Below, in pieces: positions 45,259 to 49,788 of a stretch of 49,788 nt of DNA (position 1 is its first letter; the number at the start of each line of letters is the position of its first letter). The stretch covers positions 1 to 49,788 of the forward strand of contig DATBYU010000114.1 in assembly GCA_036513555.1 (NCBI GenBank), given 5' to 3'. The position numbers and the translations under genes are program-made. The DNA is from Candidatus Dormiibacterota bacterium. Lineage in GTDB: Bacteria; Chloroflexota; Dormibacteria; CF-121. The notes below the pieces were generated by a model. The model did not search any database and had not been told where the DNA came from. It saw nothing but the letters and a program-made list of their open reading frames with translations.

Positions 45259-45711
45259 ATGCATGCCATGCCAGAAGTGCAGGGCGTTGCCAGCGGCCGT
45301 ACCCTGTCCGCCGGGGCCCTGCTGGTTTTCGGCGCCGGCCTCGCCCTCTACCAGTTGACATCGCTGATGTTAGGTCCGGTCAGCAGTCGCCAGCTCGATC
45401 TTTCGCTCACGATTCCCAGCGTCGATGTCCAAGACCTCTCGGAGCCACTGGCCTCGACCATCAAGGTGGTCGGCACGCGCACGACGCCGGCTGCGCCGGC
45501 TTCGGGTGCCGACAGCATCTCGAGGTCATCGCGGCCATCCCCCACGCCGACCCCTCGGCCGGCCAGCCACCCGCTGCCGATTGTGGTTCCAAAGCCGGCG
45601 CCGACGGTGGTTCCCAAGCCCGAGCCGACGGCCGTTCCAAAGCCCGAGCCGGCCGTGGTTCCGACGCCCGAGTCGCATCCGGACGTCTCACAACTCAACC
45701 ACAACGACTGA
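45259..45711 (+). CDS. Membrane-anchored Pro-rich hypothetical protein
   Basis: N-terminal TM. The C-terminal part holds 8-aa repeats VVPKPAPT/VVPKPEPT/AVPKPEPA/VVPTPE (45583-45672). Confidence 0.5.
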   Translation: MHAMPEVQGVASGRTLSAGALLVFGAGLALYQLTSLMLGPVSSRQLDLSLTIPSVDVQDLSEPLASTIKVVGTRTTPAAPASGADSISRSSRPSPTPTPRPASHPLPIVVPKPAPTVVPKPEPTAVPKPEPAVVPTPESHPDVSQLNHND

Positions 45712-45716
45712 CTATC

Positions 45717-46613
45717 ATGACCCCGATGAGCGGAGCCCTGGACTGGCTCGCCGTCGGTGATGTGGCGGAGGAACGCACCGCCGACGGCAGTGCGATCCTG
45801 GGTGGGGGCGCGGCACGGCTCGCAGCCCATGCCGCGGCGCTCGGGGTTCGCACCGCGCTGGTTGCCAAGCTGGGAGACGATGACGCCGGCCACCGTGTTC
45901 GTGACGCTCTCGAACGGCTCAAGGTTGAGCTGCAATGGCTGCGGATCGCGCCCGGCATGCGAACCACCGTGTGGCATCAGCCCGATAGCCAGGCACCAGA
46001 TCGCCGCGTGGAGCGCGGTGCCGACCTCGCTCTTCGACGCGATGAGCTGCCGCCGCTCGCGCTGACCGCGGCGCTGACCGTGGTCTCGGGCTACAGCCTT
46101 TCGGTCGAGCCAGCCCGATCGGCCGCGCTAGGGGCCTTGACCACGGCGCGAGCCCGCACCGGTCATTCCGCGCTGCTGCTCGAGGCCGACCTCCTCTGGT
46201 GGACGAACGCCCGGATGACACGCCGCGTTCTGGAACCCGCGCTGGATGCGGCCGACAGCGTCGCCCTCCAGGCGACCGACGCCAAGGCCCTCTTCGGTTC
46301 CGTCGATGGTCGGGAGGCGCTCCGCATGCTCGGCGAGATGGGACCGCGCCTCGTCTATCTGACGCAGGCCGACGGTACCGTTCTCCTCCGGGATTCCGGT
46401 CGGGTTTATGCCTGCCCGGGTGAAGACACGCCGCGCGATCGATACGCCGGTCCGGCCGCCTTCTGGGTCGGGCTCGCGCAGAAAGCGGCGCCTCGGAAGG
46501 CAGCCCTCGACTCGGTGCGCTACGCGCAATCCGTGCGGCGAGCGGGCGCGCCCCGCCAGCCCATAAGCGGCCCCGGTGTGGAAAGGCCGCGTGTCAATAG
46601 CCCCCGGCTGTAA
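45717..46613 (+). CDS. PfkB-family (ribokinase-like) protein with degenerate signature motifs
   Basis: The overall pattern is PfkB-like: GGGAARLAAHAAALG and KLGDDDAG. The expected GAGD nucleotide motif reads DTPRDRYAG. Confidence 0.65.
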   Translation: MTPMSGALDWLAVGDVAEERTADGSAILGGGAARLAAHAAALGVRTALVAKLGDDDAGHRVRDALERLKVELQWLRIAPGMRTTVWHQPDSQAPDRRVERGADLALRRDELPPLALTAALTVVSGYSLSVEPARSAALGALTTARARTGHSALLLEADLLWWTNARMTRRVLEPALDAADSVALQATDAKALFGSVDGREALRMLGEMGPRLVYLTQADGTVLLRDSGRVYACPGEDTPRDRYAGPAAFWVGLAQKAAPRKAALDSVRYAQSVRRAGAPRQPISGPGVERPRVNSPRL

Positions 46614-46827
46614 CGCCGGCATGGCGCGAGTGGAGCAGGCCGGCGACGCCGGGTTGGTGGCGCCTGTTCGGGGCGTTGCTCCAGCATGGGTGGTTCCTGG
46701 CGTCGCTGGGTCCTCGCCGCGGCCGCCTGTGCCACGCTTCTGCCATCCGCCGCCGCGCTCCCCACACGGCCCCACCCAGCCTTGAGCGTTTCGTTCCTGG
46801 TGGAGCCGGCCGCGGTGGAGGCCTCGC

Positions 46828-47409
46828 CTACCCCTTCGCCAGCGCCGCTAGATGGGGCTGGATCCGCGACCACGCGATAGGGTGGGTCGGGATCCCGGCC
46901 TGGCTCAGGTATCGGTCGCGCAAGCCGCTCAGGTCAGGGTAGCCGTGCACGTAATAGATCGACCGGATGCCGGCGCTGATCAGGAGTTTGACGCATTCGA
47001 TGCAGGGAAAGTTGGTGCAAAAGATGTCGGCGCCGGCGGTTGAGGAGCCGCGGTAGGCGCTCTGTGCCAGGGCGTTGGCCTCCCCGTGGGCGCAGTATTT
47101 GAGCGAGAGGTCGGCGCCGCTGATCCCACCCACGCAGGGACACGGCTTGGGGAACTCTTCCGGGTGCCAGGTGCCTTTCGGTGTGCCGTTGTACCCCGTC
47201 GCGATCACCTGGCCGTCGCGCACGATGACGCAGCCGACTTTGCGGCTGAGGCAGGTTGAGCGTAGCGCCGCCGCAAACGCCAGGATCATCGCGTAGGAAT
47301 CCTTGTCAGGCCGACCCTGCTGATTCGACGAATGGACGTCGACGGCGTCAGGGTTGGGGGCGGCCCGGCGGGCGCGGCGCGCCGCAGGCCGGGAGGGCCG
47401 GGACGTCAC
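46828..47409 (-). CDS. dCMP/CMP deaminase (ComEB-like)
   Basis: VGCVIVRDGQVIATGYNG, CAHGEANAL (HxE) and PCIEC (PCxxC) zinc motifs. Confidence 0.85.
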   Translation of the reverse strand: MTSRPSRPAARRARRAAPNPDAVDVHSSNQQGRPDKDSYAMILAFAAALRSTCLSRKVGCVIVRDGQVIATGYNGTPKGTWHPEEFPKPCPCVGGISGADLSLKYCAHGEANALAQSAYRGSSTAGADIFCTNFPCIECVKLLISAGIRSIYYVHGYPDLSGLRDRYLSQAGIPTHPIAWSRIQPHLAALAKG

Positions 47410-47418
47410 CGATCGATG

Positions 47419-47634
47419 TTAACTTGCCTTGAGGATCCGGGTGATCGTGGTCCCGCAGTGCGCGCAGGTGCCGATCCGCGCCCAGTGTCCAGACCGCAGT
47501 GCCGTCGTAGTGGCGCCCAGGTCGACGGCGCAGTGGCACTGGTAGCAGAAGGTCAACTGAGCGGGGGTGCGATATTCATGCGGAACCGCCGGAGAGCCGA
47601 AGCGCAGTGAGAGGATATTTCCTGGTTGGTGCAT
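47419..47634 (-). CDS. Small zinc-finger protein (71 aa, hypothetical)
   Basis: CYQC ... CAHC pairs. Ends 9 nt upstream of the deaminase start. Confidence 0.5.
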   Translation of the reverse strand: MHQPGNILSLRFGSPAVPHEYRTPAQLTFCYQCHCAVDLGATTTALRSGHWARIGTCAHCGTTITRILKAS

Positions 47635-47819
47635 CTCTCTAATCCTCGTAACGTCTAGTATTCGCCTCTCTGTTCGCGGATAGCAGCCACGATTGCGTAA
47701 CGCTTTCTCATCCTCTTCTCAGGCTTACGGGCCGCCTTTCAAACGGACGACTTGACGGCGTCGGCGTCGGCCACGCCTAATAGGTTTGGGAGGGCAGGCG
47801 GCGCGCCTGCGCGGGAAGT

Positions 47820-48824
47820 ATGAGTCACTCGCCGGCCACCGGCGTGCCCGATGCGCCCGGTTCTCACCGCGTGCGCTGGATCGTACTGGGCGCGATCGCG
47901 CTCGCCCTGGCGTTGATTGCCGGCGTCCTCATCTACCTTTCCCCGGTGCTGGCACTGCTGGAGCCGCATGACCCATCGCTGGGGCGGGTCGCCGGCGCCC
48001 CGGTGGCGACTCCGCCGCCCCTCGACTCCAAGCAGCGGATCAATATCCTCCTGCTCGGCAGCGACAACGACCAGAAGTTCCGGCCGGATGCGCTGCTCTC
48101 GCAGACCATGATCGTGGTCTCGATCGACCCCTCGACCCACCAGGTCACGATGCTCTCGCTGCCACGTGACCTCTGGGTTGACATCCCGGGACACCCGAGC
48201 GCGAAGATCGACCTTGCCTTTAAGCAGGGCGGCGCCCCGCTGGCTCGCGCCACGGTCGAGAAGGCCTTCAAGATTCCGATCCATTACTACGCCTGGGTCG
48301 GCCTCAACGGTTTGGTACGCGTCATCGATCGCGTGGGGGGCGTCGACCTCGACGTGCTTCATCCCGTGCTCGACGACAACTATCCGAACGATTTCAGCGA
48401 TAGCGGCTATGGCACGGAGCGGGTGTATCTGGCCGCGGGCCCGCAGCACCTCGACGGCCGCCACGCGCTCCAGTACGTCCGATCCCGGCATGGCGACCTG
48501 TTGAGTGACTTCGGCCGATCGGTTCGGCAGCAGCAGCTGCTGCTTGCGCTTCAACAACGCGCTGCCGGGATGGACCTGGTAGCCGCGCTGCCTACCCTCG
48601 CGCGAGACCTCAACGGCCACGTCAAAACCGACCTTGACCTGGTGCGCCTCACCCAGCTCGCGCTCTTCATGCGCAACCTCCATCCAGCCGACGTGCATCA
48701 GTCGTACATCTCACCCTACGTGCGTGACGCGATCTCCGCGGACGGACAGCAAATCCTTCTGGCGGACTGGACAGCAGTCCATGCCTACCTGCGCCAGCTC
48801 TTTGGCGGCGACTTGCTGCCATGA
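47820..48824 (+). CDS. LytR-CpsA-Psr (LCP) family cell-envelope phosphotransferase
   Basis: N-terminal TM. INILLLGSDN, MIVVSIDP and LSLPRDLWVDIPG are LCP motifs. Confidence 0.85.
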   Translation: MSHSPATGVPDAPGSHRVRWIVLGAIALALALIAGVLIYLSPVLALLEPHDPSLGRVAGAPVATPPPLDSKQRINILLLGSDNDQKFRPDALLSQTMIVVSIDPSTHQVTMLSLPRDLWVDIPGHPSAKIDLAFKQGGAPLARATVEKAFKIPIHYYAWVGLNGLVRVIDRVGGVDLDVLHPVLDDNYPNDFSDSGYGTERVYLAAGPQHLDGRHALQYVRSRHGDLLSDFGRSVRQQQLLLALQQRAAGMDLVAALPTLARDLNGHVKTDLDLVRLTQLALFMRNLHPADVHQSYISPYVRDAISADGQQILLADWTAVHAYLRQLFGGDLLP

Positions 48825-49788
48825 CGCGACGTCCCGCAGTCCTTTTCCTGTCGGCGATGCTGGCCCTGGCCGGCTGTACGTCGAGCACCCCGGTGACACA
48901 CGATCCGGGACGCGTCGTGCTGCCGGTCAAGCAGGTGCCCGTCCCCGGCCGCCTGTACGCCACGAAAAGCCGCGCGCTCTACCGTTTCTCGGGCACCCAG
49001 TTGACCCGGTTACGGTTCGGGTCGACGGTGAAGGACCCAGCGGTGACCCCAACGGGCGATCGGATCGCGGTCGCGGAGCTGCAGTCCCAGAGCTCGACCA
49101 TCGTGGTCAGCGATCCGAACGGTCAGAACCGCCAGACCCTTACGCCGGTGGCGGCAGCGGAGGGGTCACTCTGGGCGTTCGCGCCCGGCTTCGATAGCGA
49201 CGGCCATCGGATCGTCTACCTCACCGACCGCGGCAAGCGGCCCTCGAGTCCCCAGAACCTCGAGCCGAACGATCTGGGGGTTTGGTCGTACGACTTCGCA
49301 ACCGGGCAATCGCGGCGGCTGGTACAGCCCTTCGCCTACACCGGCGGCGATAGCGACCCCAGCTACCGTCCGGGCATAAGCGACCAGCTTGTCTATACCA
49401 CCTACCTCTATGGTGGCGTGCCAACGGAGGCGGTCGCACGGATGACCTGGATGTCGTTAAGGACGGGGGCAACGGTCTATCTCTCACCGGACACCGGCCG
49501 GAGTCTCGAACCAGCCCTCTCACCCGATGGTCGCTTCGTCGCCTTCATCCGCGCCGGCGCGGGCAGCGACGACCTCTATGTGATGCCGCTCGCGCCCACC
49601 TATGCGCGCGAGCCGCAGCCCTACCCAAGCGAAAGCGGCGTGCTCGTCCAGTCGGGCATCATTGCCCAGCCGGTCTGGTCCCCTGACGGGCGATCGATCG
49701 CCTTCCTGATGCTGACCAAAGGCAGTTTCGACCTCTTCATCCTGCCGATCACCACTGACACTGCGGTCCACGCGGCCGGCGCCGCGCA
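48821..49788 (+). CDS. Lipoprotein with TolB-like beta-propeller (PD40) repeats; 3' end beyond the window
   Basis: Its ATG overlaps the LCP TGA (ATGA). Lipobox LALAGC. Repeated SPDGRxxAF-type motifs (LSPDGRFVAFI, WSPDGRSIAFL). The frame stays open to the window end, so it is absent from the ORF track. Confidence 0.7.
   Translation, partial: MTRRPAVLFLSAMLALAGCTSSTPVTHDPGRVVLPVKQVPVPGRLYATKSRALYRFSGTQLTRLRFGSTVKDPAVTPTGDRIAVAELQSQSSTIVVSDPNGQNRQTLTPVAAAEGSLWAFAPGFDSDGHRIVYLTDRGKRPSSPQNLEPNDLGVWSYDFATGQSRRLVQPFAYTGGDSDPSYRPGISDQLVYTTYLYGGVPTEAVARMTWMSLRTGATVYLSPDTGRSLEPALSPDGRFVAFIRAGAGSDDLYVMPLAPTYAREPQPYPSESGVLVQSGIIAQPVWSPDGRSIAFLMLTKGSFDLFILPITTDTAVHAAGAA

Noticed and set aside
46686-46880. 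64-aa ORF with a signal-peptide-like N-terminus in the gap between the PfkB-like and deaminase genes
   Set aside because: It has only moderate GC3 bias, overlaps the deaminase 3' end by 53 nt, and matches no family. I kept it out of the feature list pending expression or conservation data.

Overview
This is a GC-rich bacterial chromosomal segment, roughly two-thirds G+C by eye. It is densely coding on both strands. The domain repertoire (HspR-like MerR, LCP, YerB/DUF3048, CsbD, YtxH, Flp pilin, NarL-type two-component systems) points to a Terrabacteria-type lineage such as Chloroflexota, Actinomycetota or Dormibacterota. I could not determine the phylum from the sequence alone. I support about 55 protein genes, one tRNA-Gln(CTG), two decayed transposase remnants, and a few promoter, terminator and operator candidates. 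The window falls into four blocks. (1) 0.2-6 kb holds a GH38 mannosidase and two translationally coupled DUF3048 paralogs. (2) 6.4-19.6 kb is a stress-protection neighbourhood (otsA, otsB, ftsH, two ytxH-like genes, csbD, a class A PBP). Five paralogous HspR-like MerR regulators are interleaved through it, and two of them form tight two-gene modules with orphan CheY-like receivers. (3) 24.5-34 kb is an accessory-looking stretch. It contains an HTH-MEDS regulator, a decayed IS256-like ORF, and a dense NarL/HisKA_3 signalling cluster: two response regulators, two LuxR solos, a kinase with a degenerate ATPase domain, a dual-receiver protein and a REC-PAS hybrid kinase. It ends at tRNA-Gln, which abuts an IS481-like transposase remnant. 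(4) 34-49.8 kb holds a GH1/GH2 plus sugar ABC uptake locus, followed by envelope and housekeeping genes. The most system-like novelty is the repeated receiver + HspR-like module and the expansion of HspR paralogs wired to trehalose, protease and stress genes. Next are the kinase cluster with its conserved upstream box and a consensus promoter driving a very short hairpin-terminated leader. Most of the other long ORFs in the six-frame track are antisense or off-frame artefacts of the high GC content.
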